From: Eledone cirrhosa
Lineage: Eukaryota
Assembly: GCA_964016885.1 (NCBI GenBank)
Contig: OZ024740.1
Span: forward strand, 192,014,001-192,078,000
Reading direction: 5' to 3'
DNA: 64,000 nucleotides
Positions 26,080-40,055 of the stretch are shown here, one piece after another. The notes beneath the pieces were generated by a model. The model saw only the letters and a program-made list of their open reading frames with translations, was not told the DNA's origin and ran no database searches. Position 1 is the stretch's first letter, and every line of letters starts with the position of its first letter. The translations under genes were made by a program, and so were the position numbers.

Positions 26080-29000
26080 TTTGTTTATCAAACACAAGGG
26101 TTTACATAAAGTAGATATTAAGGACAGTGCAGGACAATACAGGACGGTACAAATGGGCCTTTCTGCGTGTAAAAAACAAAAACAGAGGATGTAACAAAAA
26201 ATAACAATGAAAAATTCCCCAATAGGGGGCAAACTTCGGAGGAACATTTGTGGAGAAAGCCCAGTAAAAGGCCACAGTGACCCTGACCACTAAGGAAAGT
26301 GCCCTCTCCCAGTTTTCCACCTTTAATTTACAGATACGTACTCAGAGTAGGCCCATTCACTCGGCCATTCTTGCTTCTCTCACCCGTCTTTCAACAAAAT
26401 GGTGGGAAGAGAGCACTTCCCTCTCTACTCTGATTTTCCTTTTCAAATGAAATTTGAAAAAGTCAATCAGAGCATCACCGAAGAGGTAAGTGCTCGTCTT
26501 CAGCCCTTTCAAACGTGTCCACCATACTATCTATTTCGCCATGGCCACCAGACAGATAAAAACTGCCTGCCCTTCCCGGCTAAAGGAAGAGGCCGGGGCA
26601 ATCCTCACGATGGACTCAGATAATAGCCGGATCCGTCCTACACGCGACAGCAGGTGTTCGACATAAACCCACAAGTCAGCAATTTTCGACACTGGACGAG
26701 GGCGTGCAGGACGGTTTCGTCGCCATGCCCGGCTGACGGCACCTCCATGCCTGTAGAGTTTATCCCGAACAGGCAAGGCTCCTCGGTAGCACTGCAAGGC
26801 CAGAGATTTCTGGAAGTTGTCCATAGGTCCCGGCCCGAAAGTTCTTCCGAAGAGATTGGCTTGTTGATTTTCGTCGACGCCTAGAGTTTCCCAAAGTACG
26901 TCGTCGCTCTTCCCCTCCACTAATCCCCTATAGAACGCCGAGGTGGAGTTTCCAATGATCACATTGCCCGATTGGTCGAGGGATGTGAGCGCCTGAAGAC
27001 ATTCCAGTCTCCAGGCGCTCCCTCTCGGTCTTCGCTTCACCCACGACTGCACTCCGTCAAGGAAACGAGATGGGGAAATACGTGTCTAGCAAACGGCGAC
27101 CACACCTGATCACCGTCGAGGAAGAGGTGGAGATGTCGTAGCCTGAGCGCGTGTCTGCGCATCATAAGCCACGGCATTCCCAGCCCTCCACGTAGCCGGT
27201 TTTGACAGCAGATACAGTGCCTGACGATCGGAGCGCGTCTCTTCCACAAAAAGCGAAAGAGCAAACGCTCCAGCGCAGTCAGGCAGGGCTTAGGACAAGG
27301 TACGACGGTCAGGCGGTGGTAGATGACGGACGCGATGTACGCGTTAGCCACCTCCGCTCGAACTTTCAGGGATAGCTTCCTCTCCGCCCATTTCTGGGTG
27401 AGAGAAGCCAACCTGCTCGTCACCTTGTCCCAGTGTTTGTCCGTCTGGAGACCGGACCGAACCCAACACCGAATAATTTAACCGGTCCGTCCGTCCAGCG
27501 CTCGATGACGCTGTTGGACGGCATGGACCTGACTCTCCAGGTGCCGAGCTGCAGGCCTACTGACTTTTCCTGGTTGATCATTGCTCCTGTCAGCTCTTCC
27601 AATTCTCTTAGTGTAGTGCCGAAGGCCTCAATGTGTTTGGCGTTCTACACCACTACGGTGACATAGTCCGCATATGCTGACACTGATCTTCTGCATCCTA
27701 GTTCGCCCGGGGTACCCCACAACGTCTCCAGTTCGTGTAGTAATGGCTCGAGAGTCAATACGTACAAGAGGGACGAGAGGGGACATCCTTGGCGGACCGA
27801 GCGCATGATGTTGAAGGGTTCCGAAAGGTGACCGTTTAGTCTCACCACAGAGCAGATGTCGCTGTGCATGGCAGCGATCCAGACTTTGAAGACGGGCCCA
27901 AAGCCAGCCGCCTTCTGGACTGCCGCTAGGTAACTATGGTCGACCCTCTCGAAAGCTTTCGACTGATCTAAATTGATCAATGACCCACCCGTGCCAGGTT
28001 CCCTAGCTACCCTCTCTACGATGTATCGCATGAGGTCGAGGTTGGCGTGCATGGATCTGTCGGGAATGGCGCATGTCTGCGCCTCTCCCACCAGACCACC
28101 AACGACAACGCCAACCTCTTTTCTAGTACATTGGCCAAAATCTTGAACTCTGCGTTTAGCAGAGTTATGGGCCTGAAATTGTCAATGTTATCCCCCTTGT
28201 TCGGATCCTTTCTCAGCATCCCCACAGCTCCTCGGCTCACAAAGCTGGGAATTCTCCCGTTCTGTTGCCAGGTGCAGTAGACGTCCGCCAAGAGGCCTCC
28301 GATCAACTCTGGCATCTGTACGTAAAGTTGCTAGGGCAGACCATCAAAACCAGGCAATTTACTCCTTGTGCAGCCAGTCAGTGACACCCGTACTTCAGCG
28401 GCTGTTATCGGCTTTTCGCAACACTCCGCCTCAGTGGCCGAGAGCCGCAGCAGTCCGTCAAGGTAGACACTAAAGTCCATCCCTCGATCCGCCCCGTCGC
28501 TGCCCTCGAACAGCTGAGCGAAGTGTCGCTCGATCCCGGGATCGAGTAATATGCGCCCGTCGTGGCACACCAAAGACCGGATCGTGGCTTTGTTGCCACG
28601 ACGCACCTCCGCCACTCGGGCTCATTGAACGGCTTTCGTCCCCTCGTGTCTGAGAACACGCGCCCTAGTTCTGACAACGCAGCCTTCGTGCTTTGCATTG
28701 AATAATTGGTCAAGGGCCAATTTCGCCGCAAGTACGTCGGTTGTGATGCCTTTGCTAAGCGCATTGTCTAATGTTCTAACTAATTCTCCCTCTGCTCTAT
28801 TTTTCTCTATTGCTAAAGCCTTACTAAACCTGGTGGACTCTATTATAATCGCTCTTTTCAGAGCAAACCACCACTAGTTCGCTAATCCGGTTTCTGTAGG
28901 CCTTGCGCGCTGGTAAAGAGGCGTTTAACTTCCAGTAGCCGAGTCGTCGTCTATGAAGCCTATCTAAGTCAAGCACACAGATCACGAATTTGTGGTCCGT

Positions 29001-31293
29001 GTAGCTGACTATCTTGAATTGTGTACAGCCTATGCTACACCTATCTATTTCTCTACAAATTACTCTATCTAGATGTGATCTGGATGACCCGATACGGTTT
29101 GTCCAAGTCCACATTGGCACATTCGGGAACTCCAATCGGTACTTGTCAGACAGTTCAAAACGCCTGAGCAGGTTAGTGAGGCTCTTGCACCCTCCTGCAT
29201 ATCCGCCAATCCCACACAGTCCCAGCGTGCATCTAAGTTCCCGTTCCAGTCGCCCACTATCACTAAGAGCGGGACGTTCCTAGAAAGGTCTCCAGACGCC
29301 GGAAGAAATCAGGCCGCCTTGCTCCTATCGGAGCATAGTCGGCCACTAGCCTGAAAGCTTGCCCGTCTCTAGCACGGCTGGGAGATGCGTACACATCGTA
29401 GCCGCCGAAGATCGGTGCGAAGGCCCGAGCTTCGGAGATTCTGGTCTCGCTGATGGCCACTACATCTATGTTTAGTGACTTGAGATCGTTGAGCAGGTGG
29501 CCCTGCTTCCATGACGACCCTAAGCCACGCGCATTTATGCTGCCTATTCTGAGGGAAGTCATGTTGAAATGGAGTGGAAAAGATGGGAAATACCACTTAC
29601 CTTACTTTTCGTAAAGGAAGGATGGTTTCTCCATCTCTTTTCACTTGATCGTCTGGTGAAGGGACCTGTGAATCGTCCCTTCGGCTGGTCGTCGGCTCTT
29701 CTGTGAGTATATACGAATATACTCTTCGGTTGAGTGTCCCTCCTAGGTCTCTGAAATCACAAATGCGTTGGGGAATTTCATGTTGATGTTTGTGTGCTCT
29801 TCTTACCAGTCTTATGTTCGTTGGTGTTTTGATTGGTGCTGGTATTATGTAGTCGTGCTGTGAAATGTCTGTGTGTTCAATTATGTAAGTCATTAGTTTC
29901 TTGTGCGTATTTATTGCTGTGTATTTGTTTTTCTGGGGTTGGGGTGTGGTTCTGCTATTTTCTTGTCGTTGTTGCTGGATGTGTGTGTTTTGTTGATGTG
30001 TTTGCGATGTTTGTGCTTGTGGTGGTGGTGTTGAAGGTGTTGTTGGCGGTGGGGTTGCAGCCGGTGGTGATGGTCGTGCTAGTGTGGGTGGTGATGGGGT
30101 TGGTGGTGCTGCTGCTGTAAGTCTCTTTGCAGCAGCATTTACCCTTTTTTCATTTCTTCCCTCCCTTTTCGAAGGCGACGATGCGCCGCTCTGCGTTTGT
30201 GCTTTCTTGCGACCTTTTGCCATCCCTCTCCCACCTCACACTCCATGTTCGATTCTGTGAGGTCGAGGAGGGGTACCAGTTCCACTCTTTCACTTTTTAT
30301 TGTTGGTGATGGTTGCAGTGGAGTCTATGTTGCAGCTGCAGTTGGTATTACTGTTGTTGATGTTAATACTTCCACTGCTGCTGGTGTTCTTGATTTTCAT
30401 GGCGTGGGTATGGGTGCCACAGACCTATCCTTCCTGCTTACCGCCTGTCCTGTTACTGGTAGCAGTGGAGCCGGTTTCGGAAGGAGGGGGGTTTTCTCCT
30501 TTCTCATTGCAGAAGGCCCTGAGGTGAGTCCTCGACTCACAGCGAAAGCATTTCGGGTGTTTGCCCTCAACACTAATTGGAAGTTGAGTGCCGTTATCGA
30601 AGTCTATCACATCCGGGATAGCTTCGATGCACTCCTGATTGGTTTGAATTAACATCTCAATGGAGGTGCCGACCCAATCTTCTCGTACTTTTTTCTGTAC
30701 TTGTAGTACAGTTGTTTTGTCCTCGATTCCAACGAGGACAGACGCGGCCAGCCAAAATGGGCCCTTTTTGCAGTTTGACCGTCACGATTTTTTGCCCGCA
30801 GTAGAAGGGCACCAACACCATTTCCTCGCTTCTTAGGGTCACTAAGGATTGAGCCTTTGCCTCCTGGGGTGTGGGAAAAAGCACGTCCACGGTAGCATAT
30901 TTTTTGCCTCGGCCGATATGCGTTTTCCGCTGCCACACAGGCATTTAGGCTTTTTGTATTTGACCCTCTGTGGACCTTTCAACCCTATGAGATTGTGTGC
31001 TTACTGTACGGTACGTGACTGTACAGTGCTGTTGCGTTTCGAAATTTGTTTCGGCTGCCTTGCAGATTGCTCGGTGACCGGTTTTCATCACCATCTTCTT
31101 TGCTTCCTCTAATTCCTCATTTGTTATAAGGATGTTTTCCAGGTTATTTGCGATACCTGCAAACGAGATTGATTTTTTTTCTTGTTGCCGTTGTGGTCAG
31201 AGCTGCTGTTACTTTTGTTGTTGCTGCTGGTACTACGACCGCCGCCACCGCTGTTGCTGTGGTTGTTGTTGATGCTGATGCTGATGCTGTCGT

Positions 31294-31324
<31 letters not shown>

Positions 31325-31705
31325 TATGCTGTTGCTGATGTTGTTGCGTTGTTACTTATGTTTTCCTTGTGACTGTTGCTGCTGCTGCTGTTATTACGAC
31401 TGCTGCTGCTATTCTTAATGACATCAGACGAATGAAATGGCTTCCCGTATTTACCGCACACATTTTTCGTCGTTGTCGTTGTCGTGGAGAAATGTTCCAC
31501 GGTATGCACGTTCTCTTGGTCAAAGCTACCAGAAACTATATTTTTCTATAGTCTTTGGTTGACCAACCATGTGGTTATAGGTTGGTCATACTACATAGTA
31601 CTTTGGATTATATATAGTTTTTGGTTGATCCATGACTTCATCACCACGGGTAAGAAACACTCAGGAGAGAGAGCTCGACAGCAGGTTTTCAGAGAAGAGA
31701 TCTCT
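26078..31705 (-). mobile_element. Tx1-like copy C, near full length (ORF1 and ORF2), ending in (ATT)n
   Basis: ORF1 pieces include the zinc knuckle CFRCESRTHLRAFC (30425-30655) and end at 29597. ORF2 starts at 29562 (LRIGSINARGL..ISETR), with GDWN, DHK, FRPITLLN, DQSKAF, RQGCPLS and YAD motifs; decayed. Confidence 0.93.
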
Positions 31706-31792
31706 CATTAATGTTGAGTTGACTCTGGCTGGATTTGAACTAAGAATGTAAAGGGAGGTAACACAATATTGCAAATCACTCTAAAAATAATT

Positions 31793-31892
31793 ATTTCTAC
31801 TTCTGGTACACATGGCCAGCAATCTGAAGGGATACATCGATCCCAGTGCATTATTGACACTTTATTGACCAATGTAAGATTGAAAGGCAAAG
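31793..31892 (-). mobile_element. Degenerate SINE 3' fragment
   Basis: GGCCAGCAAT..CCAGTGCATTA..GAAAGGCAAAG matches the SINE family. Confidence 0.55.
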
Positions 31893-32334
31893 CTACAGTA
31901 TGTAAGACCTCATGACAGATTTTATATTCATCATGGGATCCTTTTTGAGGGAATGTTTCATGGCCCCTTACTGGCACTAACCCTTTTAGTTAACTCTTAT
32001 GACACCACATTTAGAGAAGGGAGGGAGAGAGACATTCTTCTCTCTGATGTAATGACGATTGAGGAAGAAGAAGACGGAAAGAGTGGGAGTGACTTTGAAA
32101 ATTCTTTTATGTAGCCATGTTTTTTTTAAGGTTTAAAATGAATATTGGGCACATAACCAAAATAAGTGGTTATTTAACCCCGAAGGGCCAAATAACGGGC
32201 AAAAAGACCCCTCTCACAAGGAGAGGGGCGTTTTTATCTACAATTTGGTTCAAGTTTTAAAAAATTTACAATTGTTATAGCGGTTAAAAATTACTATATG
32301 TTACAGAGTCGAGCCTCCTTCAACCATGGCATTC

Positions 32335-32375
<41 letters not shown>

Positions 32376-32415
32376 TTTCATTTATTAGCCACAAGGGCCG
32401 ACATAATAATAATAG
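32335..32415 (-). mobile_element. (TAA)n tract containing a ~30 bp Tx1-like 3'-end stub
   Basis: GATTTCATTTATTAGCCACAAGGGC matches the Tx1-like 3' terminus (GCCCTTGTGGCTAATAAAGAAAT); TAA repeats on both sides. Confidence 0.65.
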
Positions 32416-32439
32416 TAAAAAAATAGACTGGAAATAAAG

Positions 32440-35012
32440 TACAACACTAGGAGGAAAAAGCTAAATATTATCATAGAGGAACTGAAGCAACGCATTGTAG
32501 CAAAAAGTGCAAAAATCAGGCGATACCAGAACAGAGTCAGCCAGTATAGACAGAACCGCATGTTCGACAACAACCAGAAGATGCTGTTTGGACAGCTTGA
32601 AGGGAAAGAAAGAGGCAAAGACTTGATTCCTGAGGCGGAACAAACTAAAACATTCTGGAGAGGAATATGGGAGCAGGATGTTGAACATAATGACAAGGCA
32701 GTGTGGATTGAGACAGTACAGAAGGAGATCAGTGAACAGGCACGCCAACAAACTGATTTGAGTATCACAGTTGAAACTCTTAAGAGGCAGGCCAAAAAAC
32801 TAACTAACTGGAAATCACCTGGCCCAGATGGTGTGCAGGGGTATTGAATTAAAAACATAACATCCCTTCACCCGAAACTGACAACCATGTTCAATGACTG
32901 CTTGATGTCAGGTGAGGTACAACAGTTGTTGACAAAAGGTACCACAGTTCTGATAATGAAAGACCGAATCAAGCGTAATGATGTTACCAACTATAGACCT
33001 ATCACATGTTTGTCCGTAATGTGGAAACTGTTGACAAGCATTATGTCTGAGGAAATCTACCATCACCTCCACACAAACAACTTGTTACCGGACGAACAGA
33101 AAGGATGCCGAAAGAAGTCCCGTGGTACAAAGGACCAGTTACTTATTGATAAGATGGTAATGAGGAATTGCAAGAGGAGACACACTGGTCTTGCCATGGG
33201 ATGGATAGACTACAAAAAAGCATTTGACATGGTGCCTCATTCTTGGATCACCAAAAGCCTGGAGATCTTCAAGGTGGCAGATAACATCAGGCAGTTGTTG
33301 GGCAAAAGTATGAAGTCGTGGGAAACAGAGTTGACATCAACTGGAGAATCCTTGGGGAGCGTGAAGATCAAGAGAGGTATCTTCCAGGGAGATAGTCTGT
33401 CCCCTCTGTTGTTTGTCCTTGCCCTGATGCCCCTGACCAGTGTACTGCAAAAAGTGAGAGCAGGATACAGGTTGGGAAAGGGAGGGCTTACCATCAATCA
33501 CCTCCTCTTCATGGACGATCTTAAGCTCTTCGGGAAGAGTGAGATGGAGTTGGATGTGCTTGTTGACACTGTCCGTATTTTCAGCAATGATATATGTATG
33601 AGAGTGATGAAGGGGGGTAAATTGAGCAGAAGCAACAGAATCCAGGTATCAACAGGTGAGATGATAAAGGAAATTGACACTGAAGAAGGATACAAGTATT
33701 AGGGTATCCTGGAGGCTGATGACATCAAGAACAAAAAAATGAAGGAATTGATAAGATCTGAATATATTCGGAGAGTAAGGAGCTTATTAAAGTCACATCT
33801 GAACAGTAGGAATGGCCATAACTGCAGTATATTCCCGAGCTGTGTCTATTATTAGGTACAGTGCAGGAATTCTGAGATGGAATGTTGCTGAAAAAAAAAA
33901 AATAGATAGGAAGACTAGGAAGCTATAGACTATCTACAACATGTTCCACAAGAGGAGTGATGTCGATAGACTCTACTTAAGGAGATCTGAAGGTGGAAGA
34001 GGTTTTATCAGCATAGAGGAATGTGTTCATATGGAGAAAAACAAACTGCACAAATACGTGACCGATAGTAAGGAATCAATGCTCAGAATTATACTGGAGG
34101 AGAGGACAATTTACCAGGGGATATCCAAGGAGGAAATAACAACGAGGAGAAAGAGCAACCTTCATGAAAAATCCCTTCATAGTACCTTCTTTGAGAAAAC
34201 AGAATTCAGAGATCCACAGACATGGAACTGGTTGAGAAGAGGAGACCTTAAAAAGGCTACAGAAGGAATGCTAATGGCTGCGCAAGAGCAGGCCCTCAAA
34301 ACGAAGTGGCTGAAATACCATATTTACGAGGAGGCGGCTAGCCCACTGTGCAGGATCTGTGGAGAGAGAGAGGAGACTGTGGCTCACATTGTATCAGAGT
34401 GTAAACACCTAGCCCAGACTCACTATAAAGGCTGGAGACATTATGGGATGGGCAGGGTGATCCACTGGCACCTATACAAAGTAAACAATTTACCACATTC
34501 TGGAAGTGGAATCTGTATAAGCCAGAGTCGGTGATCGAAAACGATCAGGTAAATATGCTATGGGATTTTAGGATACAGACGTACAAGAAACTTGAACACA
34601 ATAGACCTGACCTGGTCGTTGTGGACAACGAAAACAGATTGTGCATGATTGTGGATGTGCCCTGCCCATTCGACACGAGAGTGCAAGAGAAGGAGAGGGA
34701 TACAATTAACCGATACCAGGACTTAAAGTGGGCGGTAACAAGGATTTGGAACTGCCATGAAGTCAAAGTGGTCCCGATTGTCATAGGCGCACTAGGAACT
34801 ATCTCGAAAAGTTTCAAGGGATGGTTAAAGAAAATTGGCCCCGCCCCGTTTTTTGGACACTTCAAAAGGCATGCTTGCTGGGAACAGCAAGAACTCTCCG
34901 ATACGTCCTGAATATCTGAGGCTGCAGGCAGTGGCTTGATATTCATTTCAACACACTTTCCAATTAACTAACATCAATGACTGAGACTCAAAGAACAATA
35001 ATAATGATAATA
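32440..35012 (+). mobile_element. R4/Dong-clade RLE non-LTR retrotransposon 1, 5'-truncated and decayed
   Basis: WKSPGPDGV, NYRPITCL, IDYKKAFD, GIFQGDSLSP, HLLFMDD; CRIC..ETVAHIVSEC zinc knuckle; RH; NRPDLVVVD..IVDV..KE..YQDLK (PD-D/ExK nuclease); ends in a TAA-rich tail. Confidence 0.93.
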
Positions 35013-35267
35013 ATTACGCACGTGTTGGATAGAGTGTTATGGAATCGCTTCCGCATGTTTGTGAATTGTAATATAATTAAAACTATTGTGAGATAACAAT
35101 TATTATTACAAATGGGACATACAACACCAGGCTTTACTCTCAGGAAATATGTACCCATAATATTGTGTTATATCGCTTAAATATTCAATTTTGTATTATA
35201 CATTTTATATTCAAAAAAGAAAACGGTTATAAATGGAAGAAAACCTCCTCTGGCTACACTATATGGA

Positions 35268-35470
35268 ACAGCCGAATAACAGCAATTTCACCACCACATC
35301 AACCTAGATACCCCACCTAACCCATCACCCCTCTGTGTACACTAAATACAACTGTCAGATAACGGCAATTTTACCACCACCACAAACTAGATACACCACC
35401 TATCCCATCACCCCTCTGTGTACACTAAATACAACAGCCAGATAATGGCAATTTTTCCACCACCACCACC
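35268..35470. repeat. Minisatellite, ~83 bp unit, ~2.3 copies
   Basis: CCCATCACCCCTCTGTGTACACTAAATACAAC occurs at 35321 and 35404. Confidence 0.85.
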
Positions 35471-35994
35471 ACCAATTCCAGCATAATACTAATAATTACT
35501 ATTATTATATCTGAATTTTTATCAAAATGTTTAATTCAAATATTAAGTAAATATGTCAACACATATATTAAACATACGCGACAAACCTCATAGATAAACA
35601 GATCAAACAAATGTATACTACTACAGTCTATTCAACAGAACTCAGTAACGACAACGCCATCACGATAGTCATCGCTGCCACCACTCCATCATTGCTACCA
35701 CTATTCCATCACAGCCGCCACCACTCCTTCATTGCTACCACCACTATTCCTCCACTACCTTCTGTTAACTTAAGAAAGGGGAAGGTGGCGGTATCACTAG
35801 ACAAAGGAGAGGCTAGCAAAAGACATAAATAGAGTGACTTAGTGACCCGGTCAAACATCAGCGACTATGGCACTGCTGGCTCCTCCTTCCCCACCAAAAA
35901 TAGAAAAAGCCCCAGCAGCACCACCGACATAGCCAACAACAACAACAGGCAACTTCAACAAAAATATATTATAATATTAATAATAATTTCTTTC

Positions 35995-38900
35995 TTAAGC
36001 CACGCAGTGCTCACATTGAGGAACCACTCATGATAATAACAATTTAAAAAACACCAAAAAAACGAAAAGCCCGTGCACAAGAAATAGCGGGATGGCGGCC
36101 GGCGGGGAATAGCCGCGTCTCTAGGCCTCTAGGAGAGAACGACGCCTCTAGTCTTGGTTGACACTCGTCCTAGAAGTGGTAACACGAAATGATTACCCCT
36201 TGGCGGTTAAGGATAAAACGCGACAAAATAAAGTAAATGTCAAATGATAAAACTTCATACCGGATCAGCCGTCACCCGGGTTAAAAAGGGCCTCGTCCCA
36301 CTGGGAGGAACCAGACTGGGGTCGGAAAATCAGTTAATGGTTCAAACCTTCCCATCACTTTAGAGCTGGATACCTCCCATAAACGGAATACTGCTCCTCT
36401 GGCTCTCCATGCTCACCACCATGAAATCCAAAGAAAAAGAGAGAAAAATGGTCAAGTGAAGACAATAAAGAGGTCCTTGAGGCTTTCTACACTGCCATGT
36501 ACTACCCATCAAATAGACCGAATAGAGAACAGACATATATCAAATGGAAAAACAAACATCCCGAAAAGAGAGGCTATATTGACAATAACACGAAGAAATA
36601 TTGACAATATACGAAGAAATATTTTAAAAAAAAGTTACTAACTGATATAGAAATTGATCAGATCAAGCTATTAGCACAAAGTCAGCGAAGGGAAAATGAA
36701 AAATGTGTCAGTGAACACGAGATAAATTGTAACACTTCGAATCCCATGGTTGGGGCGGAATCACTGACATCAGAACAAATTAAAGAAAGGATCGTAAACA
36801 TGGAGGGAATGCATGCTCAAGATAAAATTCAAAATGAAAATAATGAGATCATAAGTGATAAAGAAATGAATGAAAATGAACTTGCCAAGTGTAGGGATGA
36901 AATTATGATCGAATGGATGCAAATCAAAGAATCTGACATGGGGGAACGAGACACTCTCCCTAAGATCCAGAACTCCTAACAGAACCAAAAGATAATACAC
37001 AAGCCTAACATAATTCTCAAAAGCATTATCATCACAAACAAACTAAACATTACTGATCTAAATCATCTCTATTATGCATCGGCTGAAGTCCACAATCTCT
37101 TAAGTGGAGTGAAAATGAAAAAAACAAAGCAATTCCCACAAGAAATCTACTTGGCAAGACAACATCAATCGCCAAATAAACCTTCTCCGATCTGACATAG
37201 AAATTTTAACAAACTACGAAGTATGTGAAAATGTTAAACACACTGAACTTAGAAAATTGAAAAAAAAATACAGTATACAATCAACAAGTAACATAGACAG
37301 GCTTATAGAAATAATCAAGCAAAAAGTGTCGGCCAAAGCTGCTCGTATAAGGCGCTTTGAAAAACGATATAGATTCTATAAGGACAATAATATGTTCAAA
37401 AAGAACCAAAGAAACATCTACAGAAAAATTGGCAAGTCAGCAATAACTGCTAAATCAATACCACCCAAAGAGGAAGTGCAAGAATTCTGGGAAAAGATCT
37501 GGGCCGAAAAAAAATTTAATAATATACATTCCCCATGGATAGACAGACAAATGAGAGATACAGCTCATCTTGAGGAACAAACATGGGAAACAGTTGAACA
37601 GTTGCGTTTGACTCTTAGAAAGACTAGCAAATGGAAATCACCAGGAAAAGACAAAATACCATATTTTTGGATAAATGCCTTCACATAGTCTCATGAGCTG
37701 TTAGACTTTACAATGAGTCAGAAAAAATACCATCACGGCTAGTTAACGGCATTACATTACTACCTCCGAAGAATGATGATACAAACAATCCCAAAAATTA
37801 CAGACCGATAACTTGCATGACCACAATGTATAACATTTTAACATCATTCCTAACTGAATATACATATGACCACCTGATAACAATTGGTCTATTTCCCAAT
37901 GAGCAGAAAGGGTGTAAACGAGGCTCATATGGCTGTAAAGATCAGCTTTTGGTTAACAAAATGATACTGGAGGATTGTCATAATAGACACAAAAATCGAT
38001 CAATTGCTTGGATAGATTATAAAAAAACATTCGATTGTTTGCCACACAGTTGGATTGAAAAATATTTAGAGATTTTCAAAGAAGTTCCTGTCATTCAGTA
38101 TGAAGACATGGAACATTTTCAAGGAGGTTCCTGTCATTCAGTATGAAGACATGTAAAAACGACACTCCTTTTGAATAGTGAAACAAAAATCACTGGGAGC
38201 TGGAGAAGTTAATATTAATTGTGGAAATTTTCAGGGTGACTCTTTATCACCGCTTTTATTCTGCATCGCACTTTAACCATTAAGTAACATGCTCAATAAA
38301 ACAAAACATGGATATAAAGTCTATGACAAAACCATTAATCACTTGTTCTACATGGATGACCTGAAACTATTTGCTAAAAATGATGAACATTTGCAAGGGC
38401 TATTATACATAGTGAAGCAGTTCAGTGATGACATTAAAATGGAGTTTGAACTAGATAAATGCGCCAAAGCAACGTTCACCAGAGGAAAGCTGCTGAAAAG
38501 TTCAGACATTAATCTTGATCGGGGTAATGTGATAAGAGAACTTGACCAAGAGGAAACTTACAAATATCTAGGTGTTAGTGAAGGAGACGGAATCAAGCAC
38601 ACGACAATGAGGGAAAGGATAAGGAAGGGATGTTACCGCAGAGAGTAAGAGCAATCTTAAGAACGGAATTGAATGCAAGGAATAGGATCGATGTCATAAA
38701 CACGCTTGCCATGCCATTAGTAACCTCCAGTTACAATGTCATCAACTGGTTAAGCACTGAGATCCTTTGGCTCGATACAAACATTAGAAAATTCTTAACC
38801 ATGCACAGAATGCATCACCCTAAGGCAGATAGAGATAGAATATATCTCCCTAGGAAAGAAGGAGGACGTGGGTTAATCCAGTTAGACATTGCGTTGAAAA

Positions 38901-40055
38901 CTGCAACAATTGGATTATCTACATACCTAAGGGAATCACATGATTGGATGAGAAAACTCGTTTTAAAACACGAAAGCATCACAAGATCATACTCCATTAC
39001 AAAAGATGCACAAATATACAGTAATGGACTACACATTTCAGAAGTTCCATTTACTGCTGAAATGCAAAACACAGGAACAGAAGAGCAGGTAAAAGTAACA
39101 GCAAAGAAAGAACTGCTACAGAGACTGGCTAAGAAATGGCAAGAAATGCCTCTGTATGGAAAATGCCCAGAAAGTGCTAAAAATCCTGATCTTGACAAAA
39201 CTTTAATCCATCAGTGGTTGGCATCCACTGGACTGAAATCGCAGACTGAAAGAGTGATTATATCAGCACAAGATCTGTGTCTGCAAACAAAAATATTTTC
39301 AAGCCAACATAATAAAAAAACGGATGCAACCGATTATGCCGTGTATGTAAAAAACAACCAGAGACCATTTATGATATATTTTCAATGTGCAGTCCTATAG
39401 CACCAACCGAATACCTAAACAGGCATGACAGAGCTGCACAATACCTACATTGGATAATGTGTAAGCATTTTGACCTGCCCCATCAAAAGAATTGGTGGGA
39501 GAATCAACCACCTCCCGTACTTGAAAAAGATCACATCCCGATCTTGTGGAACTCTAGCATCCAAACAGACCGACAAATAGATGCAAATAGACCTGATATA
39601 ATACTGAAGGATTTTTAAATGAGGGTATGCCTGCTAATTGATATGTCCCTTCCAATAGACAAGAATGTATCTATAAAAACATTTGAACAATTGAGCAAGT
39701 ATTAAGACCTGGATATAGAGATTGGAAAAATGTGGAAGTGGAGAACTAGAATAATACCAGTGGTTATAGGCGCTGTAGGAATGATACCTAAGGGGTCTAA
39801 TGATTACCTATCCCAAATCCCAGGAAACCCGCGTATAGAAGAAATAAAAAAGGGTACTAATGGGAACTGCCCATATACTAACTTAGATTCGGTCAATATA
39901 TGTATATCACAACAAAAGTACATCCCTAAAGATTCATCGGTGTGTACGTGTGTTCTTTCTTGAACATGGTGGACACAGTTGTCTCTTGAGGTCACTTGTT
40001 GTGACTTAGTGATAACTCGTATGAACATAAAACAAGATAAAAAAAACAATAACAA
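35995..40055 (+). mobile_element. R4/Dong-clade RLE non-LTR retrotransposon 2, near full length and decayed
   Basis: WKSPGKD, NEQKGC, WIDYKK, QGDSLSP, HLFYMDD, GGRGL, YLNRHD, NRPDII; many stops and frameshifts; clearly diverged from copy 1. Confidence 0.92.

Noticed and set aside
29833-31551. Plus-strand Val/Leu/Ala-rich ORFs (also 56007-56375 and 61829-62576)
   Set aside because: They are antisense shadows of the low-complexity Thr/Gln/Pro-rich ORF1.
35268-35470. Repeat array as CRISPR-like
   Set aside because: Contiguous tandem units without unique spacers in a eukaryotic context.
38072-38152. ~43 bp direct repeat inside Dong copy 2
   Set aside because: A local duplication/deletion lesion in a dead element, not a functional array.
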